This document shows positions 36,405 through 45,466 of a DNA stretch of 64,000 nucleotides, one piece after another (position 1 is the first letter of the stretch; each line of letters begins with the position of its first letter). The stretch is from Acidimicrobiia bacterium (lineage in GTDB: Bacteria; Actinomycetota; Acidimicrobiia; Acidimicrobiales; Bin134). The position numbers were made by a program, and so were the translations under genes. The DNA is taken from positions 2,318 through 66,317 of the forward strand of contig JAJEGM010000010.1 in assembly GCA_022819825.1 (NCBI GenBank), written 5' to 3'. A model generated the notes under the pieces. The model did no database searches, had not been told where the DNA came from, and saw only the letters and a program-made list of their open reading frames with translations.

Positions 36405-38840
36405 ATGGTTGAGCGGCCCGCGCTGGACGGCGTTCGGATAGTCGATCTGGGCTGGGGCATCGCCGGGGGCTACGCCACCAAGCTGTTGGCCGACGCCGGG
36501 GCCGAGGTGGTGAAGGTGGAGTTGCCCGACGGCGACCCGCTGCGGGACTATTCGGCCTCCTTCGCCGCCGCCGACGGTTACGGGCCGCTGTTCCGTTTTC
36601 TCAACACCACCAAGCAGGGGGTGATGCTGGACTACCGAACCGCGGCGGGCCGCGACCGGCTGCTCGATCTGTATGCCACCGCCGATCTGGTGATGGAGCG
36701 GTCGGAGCCGGGAGAGCTAGAGGATCTGGGGGTGGGCTGGGAGGCGTTGGCCGAACGACGGCCCGACGCCACCATGGTGTCGGTGTCCAACTTCGGGCGG
36801 GGCGGCCCGTGGAGCCAGCGCCCGGCCAACGAGTTCACCCTGATGGCCATCGCCGGTTCCACCGCCACTCGGGGCCAGCCGGGCCGGATCCCATTCAATG
36901 CCGGGGGACGCATCGGCGAATGGATGGGCGGGGTGACCGCGGCCGTGGCCGCCACCGCCGCGCTGCGCCGGGCTCGCCGCACCGGAGTGGGCGACCATGT
37001 GGACCTCTCGCTGTTGGAGACCATCACCCCCACCTGCACCAACGTGCAGACGCTGTGGGGATCGTTCACCGGCGACTACGACACCAAGGCATTGCTGGAG
37101 GTGCCTTCGGTGGAGCCCACCCGGGACGGCTACGTGGGGTTCTGCGTGTTCACCGGCCAGCAGTGGCAAGACTTCACCGTGCTGGTGGGCCACCCGGAGT
37201 GGGCCGAAGATCCCCAACTGGCCACCATGGGCGGGCGCATCGCCGCCGGCGAGTCCATAGCCGGGGCCATCCGGGAGTGGACCTCGGCGCGCACCACCGA
37301 GGAGGTGGTTCACGAGGCCATCCTGCTGCGCATCCCCGTCGCCCCCATCGGCAACGGCGCCAATCTTCCCGAGTTCGATCAATTCGCCCCGCGGGGGGTG
37401 TACGTGCCCCACCCCGGCGGCGGATTCCTCCAACCCCGGGTGCCGTACCGCAACAGCACCCATCTATCGGTTGCCTTTCGGCCCGCACCACGCCTGGGCC
37501 AGAACACCGACGAGGTGCTGGAAGGGCTGACAGCAGGCGATCGTCCTGTCGGCGCGGCCCGACCGGTCGGCACAGATCCCGAGGCATCGCCCGATGCCCT
37601 TCCCCTCGACGGGGTTCGGGTGGTGGACATGACCGCCTTTTGGGCCGGCCCCTACGCCACATTGGTGCTGGCCACCCTGGGGGCCGACGTGATCCACATC
37701 GAGTCGATGCAGCGCCCCGACGGGATGAGGTTCGGCTCGGCCCGCACCCCGGCCGAGGACCGGTGGTGGGAGTTCGGCCCCACCTTCCAGCACGCCAACG
37801 TGGGCAAGCGATCAATCACCCTCGACCTGAACCGGCCCGAGGGCATGGCGCTGCTGCACCGGCTCATAAGCGTGTCCGACGCGCTGGTGGAGAACTTCTC
37901 CCCCCGGGTCATCGACCAGTTCGGACTCGACTGGGATACGGTCAGCGCCCTGAACCCCCGGATGGTGATGGTGCGGATGCCCGCCTTCGGGCTCGACGGG
38001 CCATGGCGCGACCGAGTTGGCTTCGCCCAGACCATGGAGCAGGTCAGCGGCATGTGCTGGCTGAGCGGCTATCCCGACACCGCCCCCCAGCTGGCCCGAG
38101 GCCCGTCCGATCCGCTGGCCGGCCTGCACGCCGCCTACGCGGTGATCTGCGGGCTGCACGCCCGGGAGCGCACCGGTTCGGGCAGTTTTGTGGAGGCCAC
38201 CATGGTGGAAACCGCGCTCAACGCCGCCGCCGAGCAAGTGGTGGAGCACACCGCCACCGGCCATCTGATGCAGCGGGAGGCCAATCACCACCCCCACGCC
38301 TGCCCCCAAGGCGTGTACCCGTGCACCGACGGCCAGCTCATCGCCTTGTCGGTGGAGACCGAGCAGCACTGGCAGGGGCTGCTGGCTGCGGTGCCCGAAC
38401 TGGGGTTGGACCAGGTGTCGGCCTCGGGCGCATTGGCCGACCGGTACGCCGCCCGCCACCGCTTTGACGAGCTGATCGAGCCATGGTGCGCCAACCTTGC
38501 GGCCACCGATGTCGTCGAACGGCTCATCGCATCCGGCGTGCCCGCCGCCGAATTGGAGATAAGCCGAGGTGGAGACCGCAATCCCCAAGTCAACGCCCGC
38601 GGGTTCTACGAAGCAGTGGAGCACCCGCTGGCCGGCACCCACCGCTTTCCGGCTATGCCGGTGCGCTTTGGTCGCCAGCCCGACCGATGGTTTGCCCGCC
38701 CCGCACCGATGCTCGGCGAGCACAATGCCGAGGTGCTGGGCGGGCTGCTCGGGATAGAAGATGACGAGCTGGCCCAACTGGAGGCCGCGCAGATCATCGG
38801 CACCCGCCCGGCGTTTGCTCCGGCCAGTCCGGCCGTCTAG
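36405..38840 (+). CDS. tandem-duplicated family III (CaiB/BaiF/Frc-type) CoA-transferase, two full domains in one chain
   Basis: 811 aa with two N-terminal-type motifs about 400 aa apart: LDGVRIVDLGWGIAGGYATKLLADAGAEVVKVE and LDGVRVVDMTAFWAGPYATLVLATLGADVIHIES. Each is followed by ENF(S/.)P and a large-domain segment. Confidence 0.82.
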   Translation: MVERPALDGVRIVDLGWGIAGGYATKLLADAGAEVVKVELPDGDPLRDYSASFAAADGYGPLFRFLNTTKQGVMLDYRTAAGRDRLLDLYATADLVMERSEPGELEDLGVGWEALAERRPDATMVSVSNFGRGGPWSQRPANEFTLMAIAGSTATRGQPGRIPFNAGGRIGEWMGGVTAAVAATAALRRARRTGVGDHVDLSLLETITPTCTNVQTLWGSFTGDYDTKALLEVPSVEPTRDGYVGFCVFTGQQWQDFTVLVGHPEWAEDPQLATMGGRIAAGESIAGAIREWTSARTTEEVVHEAILLRIPVAPIGNGANLPEFDQFAPRGVYVPHPGGGFLQPRVPYRNSTHLSVAFRPAPRLGQNTDEVLEGLTAGDRPVGAARPVGTDPEASPDALPLDGVRVVDMTAFWAGPYATLVLATLGADVIHIESMQRPDGMRFGSARTPAEDRWWEFGPTFQHANVGKRSITLDLNRPEGMALLHRLISVSDALVENFSPRVIDQFGLDWDTVSALNPRMVMVRMPAFGLDGPWRDRVGFAQTMEQVSGMCWLSGYPDTAPQLARGPSDPLAGLHAAYAVICGLHARERTGSGSFVEATMVETALNAAAEQVVEHTATGHLMQREANHHPHACPQGVYPCTDGQLIALSVETEQHWQGLLAAVPELGLDQVSASGALADRYAARHRFDELIEPWCANLAATDVVERLIASGVPAAELEISRGGDRNPQVNARGFYEAVEHPLAGTHRFPAMPVRFGRQPDRWFARPAPMLGEHNAEVLGGLLGIEDDELAQLEAAQIIGTRPAFAPASPAV

Positions 38841-38923
38841 TGGCGCTCTCGTTCGCCGACCCCTCCCAATTGGTCGGATTGCACAGCCCCATTGCGAGAA
38901 CTTGCTCCTAGACTGACTTCGAC

Positions 38924-41900
38924 ATGACGGCCACCGAGTCGAACCGCAGCTACCGGCTCTCCGATCGCTTCACCAACGATTCCGGAACGGTCTTCCTCAC
39001 CGGCATTCAAGCCATGGCCCGGCTCCCGCTGGAGCAATTGCGGGCCGACCGGGCGGCGGGGCTGAACACCGCGGCGTTCGCGGCGGGCTATCCCGGTTCG
39101 CCGGTAGGCGGGCTCGACTCCGCTTTGGAGCGGGCCGTGAGGGAATCGGGGGAAAGCGCGGTTGTGCTGCGGCCGTCGGTGAACGAGGAGTATGCGGCCA
39201 CTGCGGTGATGGGCAGCCAACTGGCCGCCTCCCGACCCGATGCCCGCTACGACGGCGTCATCGGGATCTGGTACGGCAAAGCCCCCGGCGTCGACCGGGC
39301 CTCCGACGCCATCCGCCATGCCATGTTCGCCGGTGCCGACCCCAAGGGCGGCGTGGTGATGCTGGCCGGCGACGACCCCAACGCCAAGTCGTCCACTTTG
39401 CCGTCCACCTCAGCCGGGGTGCTGGCCGACCTGCACATCCCGGTGCTCTACCCCGGCGATCCCGCCGACGTGTTGGAATTGGGCCGCCACGCCATAGCCA
39501 TGAGCCGGGCCACCGGGCTGTGGGTGGGGATGAAGATCGTGGCCAACGTGGCCGACGGATCGGCCGATGTCAGCCTCGACCCCAACCGGGTCAATCCGGT
39601 CATACCCCTGCACGAGGGCAAGCCTTACCAACACCGCCCCGACACCCGCCTGCTCACTCCCTACACGTTGGACTTTGAGCGCGAGATCGTGGAGGTCCGC
39701 ACCAATCTGGCCCTTCAATACGCTGAACTGAACCACCTCAATCGTGTGGTGGTGGAATCTCCCAATGCCTGGATCGGGATAATCGCCTCAGGCATCACCT
39801 ACTGGGAGGTGCGGGAGGCGCTGGCGGTGATCGGCTTGGACAGCGACGAGGCGATCTCCAGCGCCGGGATCCGAATGCTGCGCATGGGCTTGCCCATTCC
39901 GTTCAACGCTTCCACCATCAGGGACTTCGCCGCCGGGCTGGAGGAGGTCTTCGTCATCGAGGAGAAGACGCCCAACGTGGAGTCGAGGGCCAAAGACGCC
40001 CTGTACAACACCTCCCACCGGCCCCGCATCGTGGGCGAATTCGACGAATACGACCAACGCCTCATCAAGAGCCATGGCGCCCTGCACGCCGACGACCTGG
40101 TGGGCCCGCTGCGCAGCCGATTGGCCCGTCTGGGCGACCGGCTGACCCCGGAGCCCCCGGTGCGGGAGCGCATCCCCCTGGCGGTGAACCGCACTCCGTA
40201 CTTCTGCTCGGGCTGCCCCCACAACCGCAGCACGGTGACCGACCCCGGCACCGCGGTGGGCGCGGGCATCGGCTGCCACACCATGATCCTGCTGGGGGGC
40301 GAAGAGCGCTACGGCGACATCGCCGGGCTCACCTGCATGGGCAGCGAGGGCACCCAGTGGATCGGCATGGCCCCGTTCGTGGAAACCCCGCACCTGATCC
40401 AGAACATGGGCGACGGCACGTTCTTCCACTCCGGGCAATTGGCCATGACCGCGGCCATCGCCGCAGGAGTCAACATCACCTACAAGCTGTTGTGGAATGG
40501 CGCCGTGGCCATGACCGGTGGGCAGAACCCCACCGGCGGCATCCCCCTCGACCGGGTGTGCCGGTCGCTTCTGGCCCAGGGCGTGGCCCGCATCATCATC
40601 ACCTCCGACGATCCGGCCCGCACCCGCCACCTCGGGCCTCCCTCGGAGGTGGACGTAAGAGACCGCACCGAATTGGCCGAAGTCCAGCAGGAGCTGGCCG
40701 CGGTGGCGGGGGTAACCGTGCTCATCCACGACCAGCGATGCGCCGCCGAGCTGCGCCGAGACCGCAAGCGGGGCAAGATCAGCCCGCCCCAGACCAGGGT
40801 GGCCATCAACCACCGGGTGTGCGAGGGGTGCGGCCACTGCGCTGAGGTATCCAACTGCCTGTCGGTGCAGCCCTTCGACACCCCGTTCGGCCGCAAGACC
40901 ACCATCGACCAGGACAGCTGCAACATCGACCTCTCGTGCTTGGAGGGCGATTGCCCGGCGTTTGTCACCATCACCCGGCCCAAGCGCGCTCGCAGAAAGC
41001 GGGCCTCCACCCCGGCCGATCTGCCGGTGCCCCCTACTCCAATCCCTATCCCGCCGGAGTCAGTCGATGCCGACGTAAACATCCACATCACCGGCATCGG
41101 CGGAACCGGGGTGGTGACCACCGCCCAGCTCATCGGCACCGCAGCCATGCTGGATGGGTCCAACGTGCAGGGGCTCGACCAGATCGGCCTGTCGCAAAAG
41201 GCCGGCCCGGTGGTCAGCGATCTGCGCATCACCCGCCACGGCCGCTCGGGCAGCAACCGGCTGGGCGACCGCCAAGCCGACCTGCTGCTGGCCTTCGACC
41301 TGCTGGTGGCGTCGTCGGCCACCGGGCTGGACGCGTCCGACTCTGCCCGCACCGCGGTGGTGGGCTCGCTCGACGTTGTGCCCCCCGGCGCCAAGACCGC
41401 CCACCCCGAAATCGACATGCCCACTGCCGATGAGCTGTTGGAGCGAGTACGGGCCGAGACTCGAGCCGACGCCCAGTTCTGGGCCAGCGCATCCGACTTG
41501 GCCCAGATGCTGGTGGGCGATGCGGTGGGGGCCAACGTGTTCGTGGTGGGCATGGCCGTGCAGACCGGGCTGCTGCCGGTGACCCCCGAGGCGTTGGAAA
41601 CCGCCATCGAGCTCAACGGAGTGGCCGTAGAGATGAACACCGCCGCGTTCCGATGGGGCCGCTGGTGGGTGGTCGACCCCGAACAGCTTGAGGAGGCCAT
41701 CGCCCTTGCCCCGGCGCCCGATACCCACTCGCCCGATTGGATTGCCGGTGGCGACAACAGTGCGGTGTTGGGGCCGAAGCTGAGCGACCGCATTGCGGGG
41801 CTGGCCGACGGCGACGCCGTACTGGCCGCCGCCCTGGAGTTGTTCGCCTCCGAGTTGGTGCGATTCCAAAACCGAGCCCTGGCCCACCGCTATCTGGACG

Positions 41901-42439
41901 AGGTGGCCGAATTCGCGGCCGTGGAGCGTCGGGTGAACCCCGGCTCTGCGGCGCTGACCGCGGCAGTGGCTGCTGGGCTGTACAAGCTCACCGCCTACAA
42001 GGACGAGTACGAGGTGGCCCGCCTGCTGCTCGACCCCAATGGCCACTATCCCGCCGCCGCGGTTGCCCAGCCCGGTGACCGCCTGGCCTGGAAGCTGCAC
42101 CCCCCAACCCTGCGGGCCTTGGGCCGCAAGAAGAAGATCGCCCTGTCAGTGAACCGCTGGCGACCAGTGGTAGCGCTGTTGGCCAAAGGCAAGCGCCTCC
42201 GGGGCACCCCCCTCGACCCCTTCGGTCGAGCCGAAGTCCGCCGAGAGGAGCGCCGCCTCCCCGCCGAATACCTCACCGCCCTCCGCCAAGCAGTAAACGG
42301 TGCCACCACCCCCGACCGCCTCCAAACCGCCCAAGCCATAGCCGAAGCCGCCGACCTCGTCCGCGGCTACGAAGACATCAAGCTGGCCAATATCGCCAAA
42401 TTCCGCTCCCACCTAGCCGCCCTCGCCCAGACACCCTGA
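38924..42439 (+). CDS. indolepyruvate:ferredoxin oxidoreductase-family protein (fused alpha/beta 2-oxoacid:ferredoxin oxidoreductase)
   Basis: 1171 aa. The N-terminus FLTGIQAMARLPLEQ...GYPGSPVGGLD matches this family. It has a TPP-binding GDGTFFHSG and a ferredoxin-like CxxCGxC...C region (CEGCGHCAEVSNC). Substrate is unknown. Confidence 0.85.
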   Translation: MTATESNRSYRLSDRFTNDSGTVFLTGIQAMARLPLEQLRADRAAGLNTAAFAAGYPGSPVGGLDSALERAVRESGESAVVLRPSVNEEYAATAVMGSQLAASRPDARYDGVIGIWYGKAPGVDRASDAIRHAMFAGADPKGGVVMLAGDDPNAKSSTLPSTSAGVLADLHIPVLYPGDPADVLELGRHAIAMSRATGLWVGMKIVANVADGSADVSLDPNRVNPVIPLHEGKPYQHRPDTRLLTPYTLDFEREIVEVRTNLALQYAELNHLNRVVVESPNAWIGIIASGITYWEVREALAVIGLDSDEAISSAGIRMLRMGLPIPFNASTIRDFAAGLEEVFVIEEKTPNVESRAKDALYNTSHRPRIVGEFDEYDQRLIKSHGALHADDLVGPLRSRLARLGDRLTPEPPVRERIPLAVNRTPYFCSGCPHNRSTVTDPGTAVGAGIGCHTMILLGGEERYGDIAGLTCMGSEGTQWIGMAPFVETPHLIQNMGDGTFFHSGQLAMTAAIAAGVNITYKLLWNGAVAMTGGQNPTGGIPLDRVCRSLLAQGVARIIITSDDPARTRHLGPPSEVDVRDRTELAEVQQELAAVAGVTVLIHDQRCAAELRRDRKRGKISPPQTRVAINHRVCEGCGHCAEVSNCLSVQPFDTPFGRKTTIDQDSCNIDLSCLEGDCPAFVTITRPKRARRKRASTPADLPVPPTPIPIPPESVDADVNIHITGIGGTGVVTTAQLIGTAAMLDGSNVQGLDQIGLSQKAGPVVSDLRITRHGRSGSNRLGDRQADLLLAFDLLVASSATGLDASDSARTAVVGSLDVVPPGAKTAHPEIDMPTADELLERVRAETRADAQFWASASDLAQMLVGDAVGANVFVVGMAVQTGLLPVTPEALETAIELNGVAVEMNTAAFRWGRWWVVDPEQLEEAIALAPAPDTHSPDWIAGGDNSAVLGPKLSDRIAGLADGDAVLAAALELFASELVRFQNRALAHRYLDEVAEFAAVERRVNPGSAALTAAVAAGLYKLTAYKDEYEVARLLLDPNGHYPAAAVAQPGDRLAWKLHPPTLRALGRKKKIALSVNRWRPVVALLAKGKRLRGTPLDPFGRAEVRREERRLPAEYLTALRQAVNGATTPDRLQTAQAIAEAADLVRGYEDIKLANIAKFRSHLAALAQTP

Positions 42440-42456
42440 TCAAGCACAACTTCCAG

Positions 42457-42496
42457 CTGCATCTGACTGCATGCCTGCTACCATGCAGTCATGCAG
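42457..42496. promoter_or_regulatory. putative vapBC operator: nested direct and inverted CTGCAT(G) repeats overlapping the vapB start codon
   Basis: The sequence is CTGCATctgaCTGCATGcctgctaccCATGCAGtCATGCAG. It contains a perfect 9-bp inverted repeat, GACTGCATG (42465-42473) and CATGCAGTC (42482-42490). The last half-site includes the ATG at 42491. Confidence 0.55.
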
Positions 42497-42787
42497 CAAG
42501 TCACCTGGAGAGCAGACAAAGAACTCGTCGCCCGAGTCAAGACGAGGGCTCAGGAACAGGAGGTATCGATGAACGCCTTTCTCACCCAGATCGCGCAGGC
42601 AGCAACCGACCCCTCAAACACATCAAGCGAAGTCGAAGAGATCAGGGCTCGGCTCAAGCTCGCGGGCCTGCTCTCTGATTTTCAGGCCCCCGAAGTGGAT
42701 CCACCTGATGAAGAGGCATTCACCGCGGCCCGTAAGCGGGCAGGGCAGGGAACCCCGCTGTCTGAAATTGTTTGCGACAATCGGTGA
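42491..42787 (+). CDS. vapB: type II antitoxin, VapB-like (ribbon-helix-helix-type N-terminus)
   Basis: 98 aa with a small DNA-binding-like N-terminus and an acidic C-terminal half. Its stop overlaps the start of a PIN-domain gene (GTGA). Confidence 0.75.
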   Translation: MQQVTWRADKELVARVKTRAQEQEVSMNAFLTQIAQAATDPSNTSSEVEEIRARLKLAGLLSDFQAPEVDPPDEEAFTAARKRAGQGTPLSEIVCDNR

Positions 42788-43215
42788 CGGCATTTCTCGA
42801 TTCATCGGCCATAGTCAAGCGCTACGCCGACGAGCCGGAAAGCCACTTGGCGCAGGGCATGTCCGAACCGGTGTTTGCCAGCGATTTGGCTGCCGTCGAA
42901 GTCCCAGCCGCGTTTTGGCGCAAGCACCGCGTCGGAGAAATCTCCGCGTCCGACGCCCAGATCATGTGCCAGCGATTCCTAGCCGATGTCTCCGCTTCAA
43001 GTCTGGAACGGAACACCGTTCTCATGAGGGTGAACGAAGACATCCTCCGCGAGGCAATCAACCTCGTCGCCCGCCATCCGTTGCGGGCATACGATGCAGT
43101 CCAACTGGCGTCTGCGCTGGCAGCGTCTCGCCTCATGGGCGGCTGCACTTTCGGATGCTTCGACCGCCAGCTCTCAACGGCCGCCGCCATCGAAGGCCTA
43201 CCCCTGCTCTGGTAG
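42784..43215 (+). CDS. vapC: PIN-domain ribonuclease toxin VapC
   Basis: 143 aa. The PIN acidic residues are in context: FLDSS (D6), AAVEV, YDAVQLA and CFDRQL. Confidence 0.82.
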   Translation: MTAFLDSSAIVKRYADEPESHLAQGMSEPVFASDLAAVEVPAAFWRKHRVGEISASDAQIMCQRFLADVSASSLERNTVLMRVNEDILREAINLVARHPLRAYDAVQLASALAASRLMGGCTFGCFDRQLSTAAAIEGLPLLW

Positions 43216-43231
43216 GCGCACGTCCGCGTTC

Positions 43232-44293
43232 TCAGATCTGGGCCTCGCGGGGATCCCAGCGCTCGCGGGCCTTGTCGCCCACCCGATTGAGGGCGAACAC
43301 GGTCATGAACATCACGATGCCAGGCACGAACACCAAGTGGGGATGGTCCTGGTAGCTCTCCTGGCCTGCTTCGATCATGTTGCCCCACGTGGGCTCGGGA
43401 GGCTGGATGCCCACGCCCAGGAAACTGAGAGAGGCTTCGGCCACGATCAATACCGCAGTCACCAAGAAGGCATACGACACCATGGGCAGGGCTACGTTGG
43501 GCATCAGCTCCCGGAAGATGACGCGCCGGTCCCCCGACCCCATGGCCTTGGCGGCCAAGACGAACTCCCGCTGGGCGAAGGTCAACGTGTTGGCCCGGGC
43601 CAAGCGGATGTAGGTGGGGATGCCCAGAAGCGACAGCTCCAGCGCCATGGTCCATTGATTTTGGGTGAACACCGTGGCCATGGCCACCAGCAGGATCAGC
43701 GGGGGGAACGCCAGCATGGAGTCGGCCAGAATCCCTACCCCGCTGTCCAGGGGCCCCCGAAAATAGCCCGCAGTGACCCCGATAATCCCGCCGATCAAAA
43801 GACCGATGGCCACGGCCCCCAAGCTGATGATCAGCGAGGTGCGGGCGCCCCACATGACTCCTCCCAGCATGTCAAGGGCCTGGATGTTCGTGCCCAGGGG
43901 ATGATCCGAGAACAGGTCCGGGCGAAGTCTCGGGGTCTCCGTCAGGGCGTTCTTCACCAATTTCGACTCGGGAAGCGGCAGCCAGGCCACGGTTATGGCC
44001 GAGAGCCCAACCAGCATCAGCCAGAAACCCGACAGCCAGGCCGAGGTGTCGAACCTCGATCCCCAGCGCCTCTGACAAAGAGCGTCCAGGCCGAAGTAAC
44101 CGCCCACGATGCCGGCCAACACCAACGCGACCCTTATCTCGGCGGTCATATCGTTTAGCACCATGGTGCCCACGAAGATCGCCGCAATGCCGATGGGCAG
44201 CAGCGGCCAGAGCCAGATCGGCCGAGGCTCGGCGCTGCGAGCTCGGACCTCAGGCTCGCCCTGGGCGATCGCGCCGAACGCCGTCTCAGACAC
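43232..44293 (-). CDS. ABC transporter permease, DppC/OppC-like (peptide/nickel family)
   Basis: Has a BPD_transp_1-type core (ARANTLTFAQREFVLAAKAMG EAA-loop region) and a long N-terminal extension. GTG start overlaps the upstream permease by 8 nt. Confidence 0.85.
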   Translation of the reverse strand: MSETAFGAIAQGEPEVRARSAEPRPIWLWPLLPIGIAAIFVGTMVLNDMTAEIRVALVLAGIVGGYFGLDALCQRRWGSRFDTSAWLSGFWLMLVGLSAITVAWLPLPESKLVKNALTETPRLRPDLFSDHPLGTNIQALDMLGGVMWGARTSLIISLGAVAIGLLIGGIIGVTAGYFRGPLDSGVGILADSMLAFPPLILLVAMATVFTQNQWTMALELSLLGIPTYIRLARANTLTFAQREFVLAAKAMGSGDRRVIFRELMPNVALPMVSYAFLVTAVLIVAEASLSFLGVGIQPPEPTWGNMIEAGQESYQDHPHLVFVPGIVMFMTVFALNRVGDKARERWDPREAQI

Positions 44294-45413
44294 GGCCCCG
44301 CCTGATTCTTGGGTCGAGGTACTGATAGGAGATGTCGATGATGGCGTTCAACAGCACATAGCCCACCGCCAGCACCAGCACACCGCCCTGCACGATGGTG
44401 TAGTTCTTGGGGATCACCCCGGTGCCCACGATCAGCTTGCCCAGCCCATCTAAGCCGAAGATGGTCTCGATGATGACCGTCCCGCCGATGAGCCGGCCCA
44501 GCGTGATTCCGGCCACGGTGATGAGAGAGAACGACGACGGCCGCAGCGCGTCGCGGAACAGTATCCGCCATGTGGGCATTCCCTTGGCCCGGGCGGACAG
44601 CACGAATTGCTCCTGAAGGGTCGACAGCATGTCGGCCCTCAACAGCCGGGTGAACACCGCTATCTCGCTCAAGGCCAATGCCAGCGCGGGCAAAAACAGC
44701 GAGCGAATCTGCTCGCGCCAGTTGTCGTCGTAGCGGTGAGAGGCCGTGCGGGGGAAGTCGGGCCACTGGACGAACACCCACATCATGAGACCGGCCACCA
44801 CCAGCGTGGCAACGGCGTACCCAAGCCACCCCGAGAAGTCGGCCCGGTCCTCGGCCAATCGGCTGATGGCCAGATAGAGCAACCGCAAAACGATCAGGCC
44901 CATGCCGATGACCCAAATCCAACGGGGGATGGACTCCCGGAACACGAAGAAGAAGATGAAAAGAAGGCCGGCCAGAAACGTCGGGACCGATATAAAGCCG
45001 AACATGGTGCCGCTCACCAACCGGTCGACCCGAGTTCCAGCCGCCTGAGCCGACCAGACCCCCAAGAAGATCGCGATGGTGAACGACATTCCCAATGCCA
45101 TGGCCGACAAGCGCAACGTGGGCCCAACGCTGCGCTGGATCAGGTCGGTTACCGGCTCATTGGGAGACCGCAACGACAGACCCAAATCGCCGCTCAGCGC
45201 ACCACTCAGCCAGTCCACGTAACGGTCGGTGATCGGCTTGTCCAGGCCCAGCGACTTTCTGACCGCCTCTAAATCCTCAATTGTGGCGTCAGTACCCAGC
45301 ATGTTCGCGGCCGGGTCGCCGGGAATCAGATCAACCAAGAAGAAAGTGGCCAATGAAACGAGGAAGAGCACCGGCACGAGCCGGACCAGCTTCAAGCCGA
45401 TCACCCGCAGCAC
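44286..45413 (-). CDS. ABC transporter permease, DppB/OppB-like
   Basis: Has the family-typical N-terminus (MLRVIGLKLVRLVPVLFLVSLATFFLV.LIPGDP) and an EAA-loop region (LSARAKGM). It is longer than usual at 375 aa. Confidence 0.85.
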   Translation of the reverse strand: MLRVIGLKLVRLVPVLFLVSLATFFLVDLIPGDPAANMLGTDATIEDLEAVRKSLGLDKPITDRYVDWLSGALSGDLGLSLRSPNEPVTDLIQRSVGPTLRLSAMALGMSFTIAIFLGVWSAQAAGTRVDRLVSGTMFGFISVPTFLAGLLFIFFFVFRESIPRWIWVIGMGLIVLRLLYLAISRLAEDRADFSGWLGYAVATLVVAGLMMWVFVQWPDFPRTASHRYDDNWREQIRSLFLPALALALSEIAVFTRLLRADMLSTLQEQFVLSARAKGMPTWRILFRDALRPSSFSLITVAGITLGRLIGGTVIIETIFGLDGLGKLIVGTGVIPKNYTIVQGGVLVLAVGYVLLNAIIDISYQYLDPRIRRGRV

Positions 45414-45466
45414 GGTGCTCTTCCTCGCTTTAGAGCTTTAGTTGCTCAGAATTGCTCCTTTTGAGC

